Virus record (IMG/VR): IMGVR_UViG_3300037722_000354
Span: 1-56,713 of that record
Origin: a virus
Reading direction: 5' to 3' (one strand)
DNA length: 56,713 nt
The position numbers and the translations under genes were made by a program. The notes below the pieces were generated by a model. It searched no databases and was not told the origin of the DNA. It worked only from the letters and a program-made list of their open reading frames with translations. Of the stretch, positions 15,001 to 24,280 are shown one piece after another (the first letter of the stretch is position 1; each line of letters begins with the position of its first letter).

Positions 15001-16043
15001 TCGTGGATAAACGTAGAGGCGTTAGCTTCGCGTAATAGAGTGATCGTGTTCTGGCCGTCTTCGCGTAGGCGGATTCGACCGCGTTTGGTGTCCCCGCCTT
15101 GTGCGAGCGTTAATGCCTTCTGATCTTTCCCCGCAACAATCTCAGGCGCTTCGGCCCGATACATTTCCTCTGAGGTGCCCTTCTTGCCTTCAAAGCGCGC
15201 GGCTCTCGTCTCCCAATATGCGGCGTCGATTGCGGCGGCTGCATCCGCTTCATCTACTGGTCTTCCAGCCGCAACCAGCTTTTCCTTTACGTCGCCAATA
15301 ATAAACGCGCGCTGTTCTTCTATCGGCTTGGCTTGCGGTGCGTCAGGCAATGCAGCCACGGGAGCCTGCGGTTCTTCCGCGCGCATAGCCTGTTCCGGCA
15401 AGGCATCATCAACCTTGGTAGCCGTACCGCGCCAGCCTTCCTCGCCGTGGCCGATAATCTTCAGCCTGCGCGCCGTTTCCAAATCTGCAACGCGCCGTAT
15501 GGCAGGGATACCGCTTGCGGAACCAAAGAACGCTTCAGGCATGGCCGCTATGTCACGGCCAAGGCTTTCGCTGCCGGTAACTGCCGACACGCCTTGCTTG
15601 ACGACTTCCTGCCCCGCTATGAACCCGGCAGCCGTTCCCCTAAGCAATACGTCAAGCGCGCTCGCAGCCGGACGAAGCAGGACTTCGTTCAATGCCTTGC
15701 CGACCGTGCCCCTGCCATTTTCGTAATCGTTGAACACGCCATATTCGCGCAGGGCCTTCGTGGATTCGTCTGACAATCCAATTTCAGCATCGCCAAAACC
15801 CTCGCTGAATTTATCCGCGACTTTCTTGGCCGTTGTTTTCGCCCACACCATATCGGATTCAAACGTGCCTTGCGGCGCGTCCATGCCATCAAGCACCCGC
15901 GCGGGCTTGCCAAAGAACTCGTCGGCGGACGGCAATACTTTCGCGTCTGGCTTCGCGGACGAAAAGAATTCGTCGGCGCTTGGAAGTTCTGCCACTATCG
16001 CGACATGGGCGGCGCTATTGCCGGAGTTGAAGCCCGCACCCAA
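12093..16043 (-). CDS. Giant internal virion (ejection) protein, T7 gp16-position analogue, containing an HExxH motif
   Basis: 1316 aa (T7 gp16 is a similar size). Third of three consecutive genes after the tail tubular genes. HEKGH lies at 14991-15005. Tandem LPSADEFF motif at the N-terminus. Start uncertain: it overlaps the upstream gene by 49 nt. Confidence 0.65.
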   Translation of the reverse strand: MGAGFNSGNSAAHVAIVAELPSADEFFSSAKPDAKVLPSADEFFGKPARVLDGMDAPQGTFESDMVWAKTTAKKVADKFSEGFGDAEIGLSDESTKALREYGVFNDYENGRGTVGKALNEVLLRPAASALDVLLRGTAAGFIAGQEVVKQGVSAVTGSESLGRDIAAMPEAFFGSASGIPAIRRVADLETARRLKIIGHGEEGWRGTATKVDDALPEQAMRAEEPQAPVAALPDAPQAKPIEEQRAFIIGDVKEKLVAAGRPVDEADAAAAIDAAYWETRAARFEGKKGTSEEMYRAEAPEIVAGKDQKALTLAQGGDTKRGRIRLREDGQNTITLLREANASTFIHEKGHDYLARLIADAADEAAPAILKQDADITLKWLGVEKAEDIKTKQHEQFARGFEAYMRDGVAPHPTLAKVFEQFRQWLVRIYQEVTRLKVDVNEDIRGVYDRLLAVNPERTGILPDEAIKKAAEKFGKLADSAEGMEAGILADAARAESAKLTENVGLGGTTEEARRSAAGRADADSPRPASEPIVERSGERPQPGTAGAGRSEVEAESARLRGDANASLPRAETPLTDKAGNIRLENLGTPEDVNAVLRQAASENEGFISARRGVLSDSEVSDLADALGMDAKTLDRRKIGDAFNAEQVVAARKLLVQSAVSVRDAMAKAAGGAEADVLAYAEVRARHLMIQEQVSGITAEAGRALRAFRAIDGMAEAKSLSAFLQENTGKTLYQLQREAQLGMQLDTSAKVSKYVRDSTKASWADMAVEVWINALLSGPKTHATNMLSNTLVALYRVPETVVAAGSGIVRTTFSANKERVYLGEAGARLFGIIEGSKDGVRAGWAVMKNEDLVEKASKIEQRRFMAIPGKAGELIRIPGRALAAEDQIFRGIAHRQELNALAYRKAMDEGAKGDKFARRVTELVQNPTEDMILAAQKNADYQTFQSKLGRIGGSVQQFANSHPMVKLVIPFVRTPVNIIKFAQERSVFGLFSRDVRENIAKGGASADEQIARMIMGSAVSTAAVAMALEGTITGGGPTDSKQRAVMFQTGWQPYSAKIGEHYYSFSRLEPLAMLLGIAGDMAEIAEVSTEKEADDVGKLVFASVTKNLTSKTWLSGPSNLITAVQDPDRYGQRYIQRFVGTVVPTGVAQIAQTQDPYLREARTIIDGIKARLPGLSQTLLPRRDIWGQPIQLGGGLGPDLVSPIYESRLNNDPVNQTLLRLGVFPARTPRKIRGVELTDEQYDDFARLAGTTTKMRLDQIVSMPGFASLPDFAQRELVTKTIERARETARSMMMMQNPDIINSAMEAKRSEIDARR

Positions 16044-18079
16044 CCGCGCTCAACCGCAATGCGTTCGCCTTCCTCGCGCGGCACCTTTCCCGATTGAACG
16101 GCGGCAATAAGCCCCTGTGGCGTACTGGTATCAGCCTCCCCGCCCATTCCACTCAGCATGTCACGCACCATTTCGTTGGTTGATCGCTTGAGCGTCTTGA
16201 TCCCCTTGCCGAGATATTCAGGGCTGTCGGGATCGAGCAATTGCGCGGGGGTTTTCCCCTGCCCGCGTAGCTTGTAATAAGTCGGCAGGGCCTGCGACAT
16301 AAAACGCAGATTGATTTCCTCGCCCTTCGGATCGCGAATGCCGAGCATCGGATTGGTCCCGCTCAATTCCTGATGTGCTGTTTTCAGAAACTGGTTGAGC
16401 ATTTGCTTTTCCGCTTCTTCCTCGGGCGACTTTCCGCTCTGTAATTGTCTGGCCAATTCGTTGTAGCCGGAAACTTTCAGACCGCTACCGACAAGAGGAA
16501 CAAGCTGGTCTAGATTATTGATCTTGTTCGGGTCGCCGTCCGGCAAGTGAACGCGCTGAAACATTTCATAGAACGCGGAGCCGTATGTATTATCGGTACT
16601 GTCCGCACGCGAAACCAGAGATGTCATTCGCTGGATTGCTTCGCGGGTAAGCTTGGGATTCTGCGCGATGGACTGTGCCGTGACCTGCGATTGCTTGGCC
16701 GGGTCCGCGATAGCGCCCATAAGCGCGACTTCCTCGGCGTCGGATGCGTCCTTTTTCTGTCGCTCCTGAATGCGGGCGTTCCGTTCCTCGTCGAGAACCC
16801 TTGCCCGCTCACGACGCTCGAAAGCGTCCCTGTGCGCAACAATCCTGGTCTGCGCGAACGCCTCTATATCGCTATCGACCCCTGCCGATGCACCGGCACC
16901 GTATTCCGCGTTCGCATCGCCGCCGTATTTGGCCATGCGGCGCTCGATATCGGCACTCTCGCGATTGATGAGATTGCCAACCGTGCCAGCCTTGCGAACG
17001 TCAGGGTTTTGGTCCCAAACCGCTCTGGCTTTATTGCCGAATGTCTCGAATACCCAATCCTTCGTTGACATTTCCGGGTCGGCATTGAGCAATGCCGTAG
17101 CGCCGCCGACGCCGTATCGGTGCGCGAGATAAGCGTCCTTTGCGGTCGGCGCGCGTCCGATAGCCTTGCCAAGCGCCGCAACCCTGTCGCCCGTCATCTT
17201 GTCGAAGCCGCGCGCCTGCGCTTCCGTGTCACCGGATTCGGGAATGCCGTACTGTTCACGAGTCGGGCCATCGACCTGAAACAGGCCGCGTATTGTCTTC
17301 GATGCCTTTGCATCGTGCTTGAACGAAGACTCCCGTTCCGCAACGGCCAAGGCATAAGGCGCGTTCGAGACGTTATTGGCGATCTGGCCCTGTATGCCGG
17401 ATTGTGGGACTGACTTCGCCGGACCCTGCCCCTTAATGAAATCCCTTACGTCCGCTTCCGTTCCGCCCGCCTTCAGTATGCCCTCGACACCAGCTTTAGC
17501 CACAACGCCGCTGAATTTCTTGCGTAGCGTCTCCCGCGTGATGTTGTCCGTGGGTACCGTTTCAAGAAGCACCCTGCTGGATTCTGCGGCTTCTTTGTAT
17601 TTCGTCGGGTCCGCCTCCACCAGCAGGGCGAGTTTGTTATGTGCGTCCGTTACGCCCTCAATCGAAAACCGCTCGCGTTCCTTCGTCTCGAACCCGTCCG
17701 CGTTGCGGGAAAGCCGCGTTTCATAATCCAGAAGCTTCCCGTCATATTCACCCTTGAGATGATCTGGAATGCTCTTGAGAAACTTTTTGGCCGAGTCCTG
17801 ATAACCACCGACGACGCTATCCCGTAAACCGGCTGCACCCGGCTGGGCGTTCTTCAGGGTTTCGGAATATGACTGTTCCTGTTCATAGGCGAACTCGGTA
17901 AACTTCCGCTCGGCGTTGAACTTGTCTTCCCTGTCGAACGCAGCACCCAGATTGGCAACACCCTGAGCTGCTACGCCAATGCTTCTTCCGACATTCGAGC
18001 GAAACCCGCCCACCATCGGTCCAGTGGGACGCAACGATGAAGCTTGGCCCAGATCGTCCCTGCTTGGCAGACGCTGCAT
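15995..18079 (-). CDS. Internal virion protein with a soluble lytic transglycosylase (SLT) domain
   Basis: 694 aa. AVAERESSFKHDAKASKTIRGLFQV...AYLAHRYG matches the SLT catalytic E-S ... GL(M/F)Q ... AY motifs. Sits in the gp15 position. Confidence 0.75.
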   Translation of the reverse strand: MQRLPSRDDLGQASSLRPTGPMVGGFRSNVGRSIGVAAQGVANLGAAFDREDKFNAERKFTEFAYEQEQSYSETLKNAQPGAAGLRDSVVGGYQDSAKKFLKSIPDHLKGEYDGKLLDYETRLSRNADGFETKERERFSIEGVTDAHNKLALLVEADPTKYKEAAESSRVLLETVPTDNITRETLRKKFSGVVAKAGVEGILKAGGTEADVRDFIKGQGPAKSVPQSGIQGQIANNVSNAPYALAVAERESSFKHDAKASKTIRGLFQVDGPTREQYGIPESGDTEAQARGFDKMTGDRVAALGKAIGRAPTAKDAYLAHRYGVGGATALLNADPEMSTKDWVFETFGNKARAVWDQNPDVRKAGTVGNLINRESADIERRMAKYGGDANAEYGAGASAGVDSDIEAFAQTRIVAHRDAFERRERARVLDEERNARIQERQKKDASDAEEVALMGAIADPAKQSQVTAQSIAQNPKLTREAIQRMTSLVSRADSTDNTYGSAFYEMFQRVHLPDGDPNKINNLDQLVPLVGSGLKVSGYNELARQLQSGKSPEEEAEKQMLNQFLKTAHQELSGTNPMLGIRDPKGEEINLRFMSQALPTYYKLRGQGKTPAQLLDPDSPEYLGKGIKTLKRSTNEMVRDMLSGMGGEADTSTPQGLIAAVQSGKVPREEGERIAVERGWVRASTPAIAPPMSR

Positions 18080-18708
18080 CAGCCGTACCTCAATGCCGTA
18101 CCGCCACGCCGCCCGTACCTGTCATAATAGGAACCAATACCGGACAGGATCGTGCCGCCCGCACTAATCAAGCTCGATTTAGCAGCGTCACTTCCTTCGG
18201 CACGCGCGAGCGCGGCCTTGCCCTGATAGCCTCTGGCCCGCGTCTCGCCTAAATACGTCTCGACACCGGCCTGATATTCGCCTTCCTCGACAATCCCTCC
18301 CTCCGTCGCAAGTACAGTCGGATCGGTAGCCCCTGCCCCAGAGGCAGCGGATACCGCCTGAGAGCGTGAGAGCAATAGATTCATCTGGCGGCGCTTTTCG
18401 GAAGCCTTCCTTTGCGCGGCGGCTTTTTCCTCGCTTGCTATACGTTCGAACTCTGCCGCTTCCGCCTTCGATGCTTTCTTTGCCTGTTGGCCGGAAATAA
18501 TTTGCCCGCCCGCCGAAACGCCCGTTCCCAATAGATTGAGCGCAGTACCAATACCGGCAGCACCAGCGGCGGTCGCGCCCGCAGCAGAAGCCGCGTTGAA
18601 TCCGGCCGCAGTCCCGCCCCCGACCAGTTCGGCAAGCGCAAACGATGACGCTGTGGGAAGTGCCGCACTGGCAGAAGCGGCGCTAAGAAGTGTTGCGAAT
18701 CCGGCCAT
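18079..18708 (-). CDS. Internal virion protein (gp14-position analogue), Ala/Gly-rich
   Basis: 209 aa. Ala/Gly-rich N-terminal half and a charged coiled middle. Start/stop junction with the downstream gene. Confidence 0.5.
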   Translation of the reverse strand: MAGFATLLSAASASAALPTASSFALAELVGGGTAAGFNAASAAGATAAGAAGIGTALNLLGTGVSAGGQIISGQQAKKASKAEAAEFERIASEEKAAAQRKASEKRRQMNLLLSRSQAVSAASGAGATDPTVLATEGGIVEEGEYQAGVETYLGETRARGYQGKAALARAEGSDAAKSSLISAGGTILSGIGSYYDRYGRRGGTALRYG

Positions 18709-19072
18709 TTGTTTTTCTTATCCAGACTTTGCAGCCGTTCATTTCTTCGTTCGTCTCTTTGAATCCGAGACGTTCTAGCCAAGCACTTGCCTTGTCGAAA
18801 CGCTCGTCGCAGGCGACAAACAATTCCTCAATATCCAATGCGCGAAGATACCTGAGCGCTGTCTGGTGAAACCGGGCCGGAGTCCGCGCTATCGGAGCGG
18901 CGTCGAGAAACGCCCACCAGCGCCCGTCTTCCCATAGACAAACACCGCCCACGCCCACGACAAGCTTACCGATATTTGCCGCCATGCCGCCCCAGCGTTC
19001 CGGGGGAGGTCTGCCGACAAAGCGAACGAAATCAGCCCGTACAGCCGGACGAATCTCGACCTTATTTTTCAT
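18683..19072 (-). CDS. GNAT-fold-like small protein in the T7 gp13 position
   Basis: 129 aa. IRPAVRADF... and ...ASAWLERLGFKET resemble the N- and C-terminal elements of GNAT acetyltransferases, but the central Q/R-x-x-G-x-G/A motif is not evident. Confidence 0.35.
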   Translation of the reverse strand: MKNKVEIRPAVRADFVRFVGRPPPERWGGMAANIGKLVVGVGGVCLWEDGRWWAFLDAAPIARTPARFHQTALRYLRALDIEELFVACDERFDKASAWLERLGFKETNEEMNGCKVWIRKTNGRIRNTS

Positions 19073-21776
19073 TCGTGTCCATCACCGCAACAAATCCGAG
19101 TATATGCGCGGGGTAAGGGCTCATGGCCTTCACGCAAAAGCGCGCGTCCGTGTCCCATGTTCCATCAAATGAGTAAGGCTCAGCCTCGAACGTGTCATAC
19201 AGCTTGTCTTCGGAAATCACCGCGCCCTTATAGACACGGGGAAGGCTGTTCATCACATAGTTTGCCGGAGCGTCTGAATCATCGTCAAAATGCCGACCGT
19301 AGGTAATTCCCTTGTGAACCGTGTCGGCCAAGAGAATTAAAAGATGGCTGATTTTCTTTTTCTGTCCGATTGCGGTTCCCAACTGTGCCCCATAGGCAAG
19401 TTTCGCGGGCTTGAACCTTCCATCATAAGGAAGCCCCACAACAGCGCTCGTTACCGATTCACCGATTGTAATTGAACCGGACGTGACGGTTTTCATATCG
19501 GTCTGATCGTGCAGGGCTTTAGAATTCCCCCAGACGACAACGCTTTCACCTTCAAGATGATCGAGCCCGGTAATCGTGGAAGTGGACGCGCCGGAATAAA
19601 CGTAATGGCTATCCATGTTCTTGTTTAACGAACCGCCGACACACTCACTTTCCAGCGCCATTTTTTCGATATAACAGACATCGGACCCGTTAATGGTCCG
19701 GTTGATTGCAAGATAAACATCGTCTTCTTCCGTTCCCGGCAATACCGTGACTGCCACCGCCAGCCCATCCCCGAAATCAATGTCGATCCATGACACCATT
19801 TCCTCGGTGCGGTCGTAACAGCACATGGCAACCGATCCATCGTCCAGCACGCACCAGATTCGAGTATCGGGCTGGTTCTGGACCGCGATGGAAACAATCC
19901 CCGCATCACACATTTCCGGCTTGAACTTCGTCAAATCATCGGTTGTGTAATCGTTGTTCTCGATCCCAAACACAATTTCCCGAACACGGGTTGTATTGCG
20001 CTGAACATAAATGCCGGTCGTATCGACTTTGACCGCCTGCAAATGCGACGTGCCGCGATTCGATATTTCCCGCACGCCGAAATTCGTCGGCGTCATGGGC
20101 TCGTCGAGAGACGACGCCCGCATGGAAACAACCTGGCTGGCGGTTCCACCAAGCAACCGCTGCATGGAAAGAAGCCAGATAACGCCCTCGATAGGACCAA
20201 GCGCAAGCGAACGGACTATGGGGCCGGAATCGCCCACGGTCGTATCGTCGTAATTGCTGAACTCGTCAGACACGGACCCATAAACAAAGTCCTTGCCGCC
20301 CCACCACAGCCGACCATCGTGCAGCGTGACCGTCTCAGGCCAACCGCGCACATCAGACCATGACCCTTCATCCCACACTTCTGTCGCGCTGGTATCGCCA
20401 AGGTCCGATATAACTTCCGCACTTGCCGAAGTTGACGACGCCACAGCCGTAATACGAACTATGCCGTTTTTTGTCCCTCCATTATATGTCAATGTGATTG
20501 CTGGCGTTCCGGTCGAATAGTGTCCGCTCTTAACACCTGCCCGAACATAGAAAACCTGATTGTCATATCGCGTGCTGGCAACATCCGTTGAGGCGTTTGC
20601 GGTTTCTGCTGGCAGGTTGTCGATCCAGTCATCCTTTACGTCGATGGACCTTTGATAGGTTACCGTTGATCCCGTGCCAGTCAGCCCGGTGATTACAATG
20701 TTAAACCGATTGTCCGGGTCTGCCCCGCTGACCCGAATCGGGTCCGTATATTGATCTGCCCCTGTGACCGTATGCGTTGCGACTTGCTTATTGTGTGCAA
20801 GACGAAACAGCGCGCCAACGTGCCCGGAGCGAAAAAATGGCTTCGACGCAGTGAGCGTAATGTTCCCCGTGCGCGCGTTGGGCGTAAGTTTTATTCCGCT
20901 TGTTGCCGCAACACGGAACGGGCCAGCGTTCGACAGATATTCAACAACCGACCATGAATGAGCTGAGCGGCGCTCAATTCGTCGCTGCCGCGTCAAATCC
21001 TGCGCGCAAAAAACAACGTCGCCGGATTGGTGATAGTGAATATCACCGATTTCATCCGCGCCCCACGGCGTCGGCAATGTCATGACCCCGGACGATTCAA
21101 CCGCAACGCTATCGACAAGAACCTGCCGCTTCAGGCTGGATTGAAACTGAATCCAGAAATTTCCCGTTGGCGTGAACGTAAGCGAATGTGTGCCGGTTTG
21201 CAGTGTAGTTTCGTTAATATATTCATCGCCGCCTTCCGTGGAACCGACCCGGAATACCACTGGTCCACGCTCGATAATGATTCTCAGCGCGTGCTCGTCG
21301 CCCTGATCCCCGGCTACTACGGTCACTTCCTGTTTTCTGACGGCAAATACGAACCCGTTCCCGGTAAGCCCGAGATATCCGCCGGTTACCCATGCCGACG
21401 TTCCGCCCACATCGTCGGCGTCAGTCCAGCTAGCTACATCACTGGTGAATGTCCCATTGGTAATTGCCGTAGAGACAGAACCTCTTGTGACCGGAACATC
21501 GTCCACCAGCACGCGCATCAAGGATGGAGTTAATTCAATAAGCGCCTTCGTCGAAGTATTGAAAACAAACGGAATCAGTTGCGGTTCGGCATTGTCTTGC
21601 GTGCCGGTAATGTATTTTGTTCCTGGCCGGAACGTGCCGTATCCGATTGCGCGAGGAATAATGTTTTTCTGAATTTCCGCAGCCAGACGCAGCTTGGTAA
21701 GATCGATGCGAGCGAGCGCCCTGTCGCTTACCTCCCCGGCGGAAACAGCAAATAAAAGCGCGTTTTGCCTAGCCAA
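19062..21776 (-). CDS. Tail tubular protein B (gp12-like)
   Basis: 904 aa. Follows and overlaps the gp11-like gene. Size and position fit the nozzle protein of T7-type podoviruses. Confidence 0.65.
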   Translation of the reverse strand: MARQNALLFAVSAGEVSDRALARIDLTKLRLAAEIQKNIIPRAIGYGTFRPGTKYITGTQDNAEPQLIPFVFNTSTKALIELTPSLMRVLVDDVPVTRGSVSTAITNGTFTSDVASWTDADDVGGTSAWVTGGYLGLTGNGFVFAVRKQEVTVVAGDQGDEHALRIIIERGPVVFRVGSTEGGDEYINETTLQTGTHSLTFTPTGNFWIQFQSSLKRQVLVDSVAVESSGVMTLPTPWGADEIGDIHYHQSGDVVFCAQDLTRQRRIERRSAHSWSVVEYLSNAGPFRVAATSGIKLTPNARTGNITLTASKPFFRSGHVGALFRLAHNKQVATHTVTGADQYTDPIRVSGADPDNRFNIVITGLTGTGSTVTYQRSIDVKDDWIDNLPAETANASTDVASTRYDNQVFYVRAGVKSGHYSTGTPAITLTYNGGTKNGIVRITAVASSTSASAEVISDLGDTSATEVWDEGSWSDVRGWPETVTLHDGRLWWGGKDFVYGSVSDEFSNYDDTTVGDSGPIVRSLALGPIEGVIWLLSMQRLLGGTASQVVSMRASSLDEPMTPTNFGVREISNRGTSHLQAVKVDTTGIYVQRNTTRVREIVFGIENNDYTTDDLTKFKPEMCDAGIVSIAVQNQPDTRIWCVLDDGSVAMCCYDRTEEMVSWIDIDFGDGLAVAVTVLPGTEEDDVYLAINRTINGSDVCYIEKMALESECVGGSLNKNMDSHYVYSGASTSTITGLDHLEGESVVVWGNSKALHDQTDMKTVTSGSITIGESVTSAVVGLPYDGRFKPAKLAYGAQLGTAIGQKKKISHLLILLADTVHKGITYGRHFDDDSDAPANYVMNSLPRVYKGAVISEDKLYDTFEAEPYSFDGTWDTDARFCVKAMSPYPAHILGFVAVMDTNEK

Positions 21777-22395
21777 TTAACGTGCTCCGGCTTCCACCGT
21801 CACGATTGGAAGTCCCGCGCCTTGCACGAACACACCGGCCTTCCGGGGCCGACTTCACCCCCTCATCCAATGCGTCCTGAGATTTAGCGTCTCTCAGCGC
21901 ATCTTTGGAAAGCTTTTTGAACTCATCGACACGCGCAGCCGCGAGTTTAGGTGCCATGCGGAACGCAAGCTCTGCCTCCACTGCAAACTGAAAACTCGAC
22001 GGCCAGATCGTTTCGTCCGTCCCGATATCCGACGAGACATAAACAATCTGGAACGTTGCGACATCCGTCTGCCAGAACCCGCCCTCGTCCGCATAACGCA
22101 TCGGAGCCGGATGGGTAGATTCCAGATTTTCAGAAAGCAGGAACGTCTTCACCCAATCGGCAGGCTTGGCATATCCATAGGTGAAACCTGTCGCCGCATT
22201 GGCCGTCGTGCCGGTGACCTCCGCGCGCTTGAGTGCGAAGTTCCAATAAGCCCGCTCAAGGACGAATTGAACGGCGCGCTCGTAATTGTCTTCGCAGACA
22301 TAACGCGCTTCCCTTGTTTCCGTCTCGGTTGCAAGCTTCGTCTCACCGAGAAGAAGCAGGCTTCCGTTCCAGACCTGAAGGCGAGTCGTGCCCAT
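21769..22395 (-). CDS. Tail tubular protein A (gp11-like)
   Basis: 208 aa. N-terminal VWNGSLLLLGETKLA...VLERAYWNFA parallels the gp11 pattern (N.iL..iGe ... gW.F). Confidence 0.6.
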   Translation of the reverse strand: MGTTRLQVWNGSLLLLGETKLATETETREARYVCEDNYERAVQFVLERAYWNFALKRAEVTGTTANAATGFTYGYAKPADWVKTFLLSENLESTHPAPMRYADEGGFWQTDVATFQIVYVSSDIGTDETIWPSSFQFAVEAELAFRMAPKLAAARVDEFKKLSKDALRDAKSQDALDEGVKSAPEGRCVRARRGTSNRDGGSRSTLIG

Positions 22396-22398
22396 TTA

Positions 22399-22908
22399 TC
22401 AGGCCGCCCGCTTTTTTGTGTTGCTCGCAATCCAGTCAATGGCGTCCTTCTTTGATGGGAAATCGCCTGCCACTGACCTGTCGCTTGAGCGAAGAACGCG
22501 ATAGCTTCTGGTTCCTACACACCATTGCGGGTCTTCGTATAATTCCTGTTCTGGGACAACGCCGTCCTTCTGCTCCCATTTTTCAATCAATTCCATTCTG
22601 GCACTTCCAGAAGTGCCACCTGCGGCAGGCTTTACAACGTTAACGGCCACTAGCCGCGCAATGACTGGAATTCCATCTGGACGAAAGTGAACAATGTCGC
22701 CGTTTGTGAGAAGATGTGTTACGTGCACCCAATATTCCGGGCGCAGCGCATCTTCGATCTTATGGTCGTTATCTGGAGTCACAGCCCATTCACGCCAACA
22801 GTGCGAGTCCACGTGGGGGCGGAATCTGGACGGATGAATTGTTTTTGGACGCGGGACGGACGCATTGACAATTGCGGGCTTCGTCTCAGCCTTTACAGGC
22901 TCAGCCAT
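22399..22908 (-). CDS. Hypothetical virion-module protein
   Basis: 169-aa ORF between the capsid-associated genes and the tail tubular genes. Confidence 0.5.
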   Translation of the reverse strand: MAEPVKAETKPAIVNASVPRPKTIHPSRFRPHVDSHCWREWAVTPDNDHKIEDALRPEYWVHVTHLLTNGDIVHFRPDGIPVIARLVAVNVVKPAAGGTSGSARMELIEKWEQKDGVVPEQELYEDPQWCVGTRSYRVLRSSDRSVAGDFPSKKDAIDWIASNTKKRAA

Positions 22909-22941
22909 GAAATCACCTATCGTTGTTGAATGGAATTGGGC

Positions 22942-22963
22942 GGGAGGGGCCGAAGCCCCTCCC
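22942..22963 (-). terminator. Perfect 9-bp stem with a UUCG tetraloop downstream of the small capsid-adjacent gene
   Basis: Minus strand reads GGGAGGGGC-TTCG-GCCCCTCCC. The T-tract is weak, so this may be a partial terminator or an mRNA-stabilising hairpin. Confidence 0.5.
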
Positions 22964-22971
22964 GGACGTGA

Positions 22972-23244
22972 TTACGAGGACGTGGTAACGCTCGTGAGCG
23001 TGGCCGCCGAAGAAGCGGTTACAACACTCACAAACATCCACAGACTGCCCGTGAGCGGAGACGTGGTTTCCGCAACGAGCACTGCGTCGTGCGTTTTCAT
23101 GCCGAGCGCGTATCCGTTCGAGATGAAACCAGCCGCCGCAGCTTCGCCAGCAGTGTGTGTCGAGTTGTAGCTCCAGAGCTGCCGACCATCGCCAGCAAGA
23201 CCGCCAACGAGCAGTTCAGGAGGATTCGTGGAAGAATAAGCCAT
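22972..23244 (-). CDS. Small Ser/Thr-rich protein immediately after the capsid gene (decoration-protein candidate)
   Basis: 90 aa. C-terminus LWMFVSVVTASSAATLTSVTTSS. Followed by a strong hairpin. Confidence 0.55.
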   Translation of the reverse strand: MAYSSTNPPELLVGGLAGDGRQLWSYNSTHTAGEAAAAGFISNGYALGMKTHDAVLVAETTSPLTGSLWMFVSVVTASSAATLTSVTTSS

Positions 23245-23257
23245 TGTTCAATCCTCC

Positions 23258-24094
23258 TTATGACAACGCAGACGCCGAACCATCGTGCAACATCTGCACA
23301 ATGCCGGTGTTCTGCAATTTTGCGGTTCCAAAATAGCCGGACGCACGGACGAACCAGTACCCCTGTTCTTCGTCGAAACCAGCACCAATCTTGAGATTGT
23401 TTGTATCAAGAGCATGGCCGATTGCATTACGATGAAACAGGTAGCACTTCTCCGAAGACGTGCCGACACCGGTCAGGTTCGGGTGAACAATCCAGTTCAC
23501 GCCGTACCAACGCAACATGCGACGGGCGGGGCCAGTGAACGGCTGCACCATCACATAGTCACGCGATCCAAACTCAGTGAGTTGCATCATGAAACCGTAG
23601 AAGCTCGGCGTGATAACGCCGAACATATTATCTTCTTCCTGGACGGGCACCTCGGCATTGCCGAGATACGAAAGAGCCGTAGCAACTTTCGCAAGAGTTG
23701 CCGTCCCGGCAGTATCGTTGATCGTCGCAGTATCAAGCTGCGCAATAATGTCGGCGTCTCGTTTACGATTAATGACGCCTACGGTAGTGCGCTGCATGAT
23801 CGCGCGTTGATCGCCCTGACTCGCAAAAATGTTGAAGTCTGTCTTGCGAACCAGATCATGCCATTCCTGAAGGGTGGCACTGGTTTGTGTCAGATCGTCC
23901 GAGCGTGCGGCGATTAGGCCGGATACGCCACGGGTAACGGCAGTAGCGCCGCCAGAACCGGCAACAAGAAAGGTTGCCGTATTCCCGTTCCTGACAAACT
24001 CTTGGGCACAGCACGGCGCAAGATGTGATTGCTGTTCTTCAAACGCTGCAATCGTTTCCTGACGGTACTGCGTAACGAAGGCTGTATCAGCCAT
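23258..24094 (-). CDS. Major capsid protein
   Basis: 278 aa from the internal ATG at 24094 (the ORF extends to 24193). Position after portal and scaffold. N-terminal MADTAFVTQYRQETIAAFEEQQSHL... is typical of podovirus capsid proteins. Confidence 0.75.
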   Translation of the reverse strand: MADTAFVTQYRQETIAAFEEQQSHLAPCCAQEFVRNGNTATFLVAGSGGATAVTRGVSGLIAARSDDLTQTSATLQEWHDLVRKTDFNIFASQGDQRAIMQRTTVGVINRKRDADIIAQLDTATINDTAGTATLAKVATALSYLGNAEVPVQEEDNMFGVITPSFYGFMMQLTEFGSRDYVMVQPFTGPARRMLRWYGVNWIVHPNLTGVGTSSEKCYLFHRNAIGHALDTNNLKIGAGFDEEQGYWFVRASGYFGTAKLQNTGIVQMLHDGSASALS

Positions 24095-24280
24095 GTTAGC
24101 ACCTGATTGTTCATTGTTTTTCTCTGGTGCGTCTGCTTCGGTTTCCCACGGGGCATAAAGAGAGGGTTGGCGGCGAGCCTTGCGGCTGGCCACGCCTCCC
24201 GTTGCCGGGTAGGGCTAGGCTTCTGCGGTTTGTCTTGGTGGCAGCGCCGATTGCTCGGGTTGACTGCCGGTCACGCAATC

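Noticed and set aside
14311-15726. Several 130-183-aa plus-strand ORFs inside the 1316-aa gene.
   Set aside because: They are antisense to a long, uninterrupted, well-positioned virion gene. Their Ser/Ala/Arg-rich translations have no RBS context.
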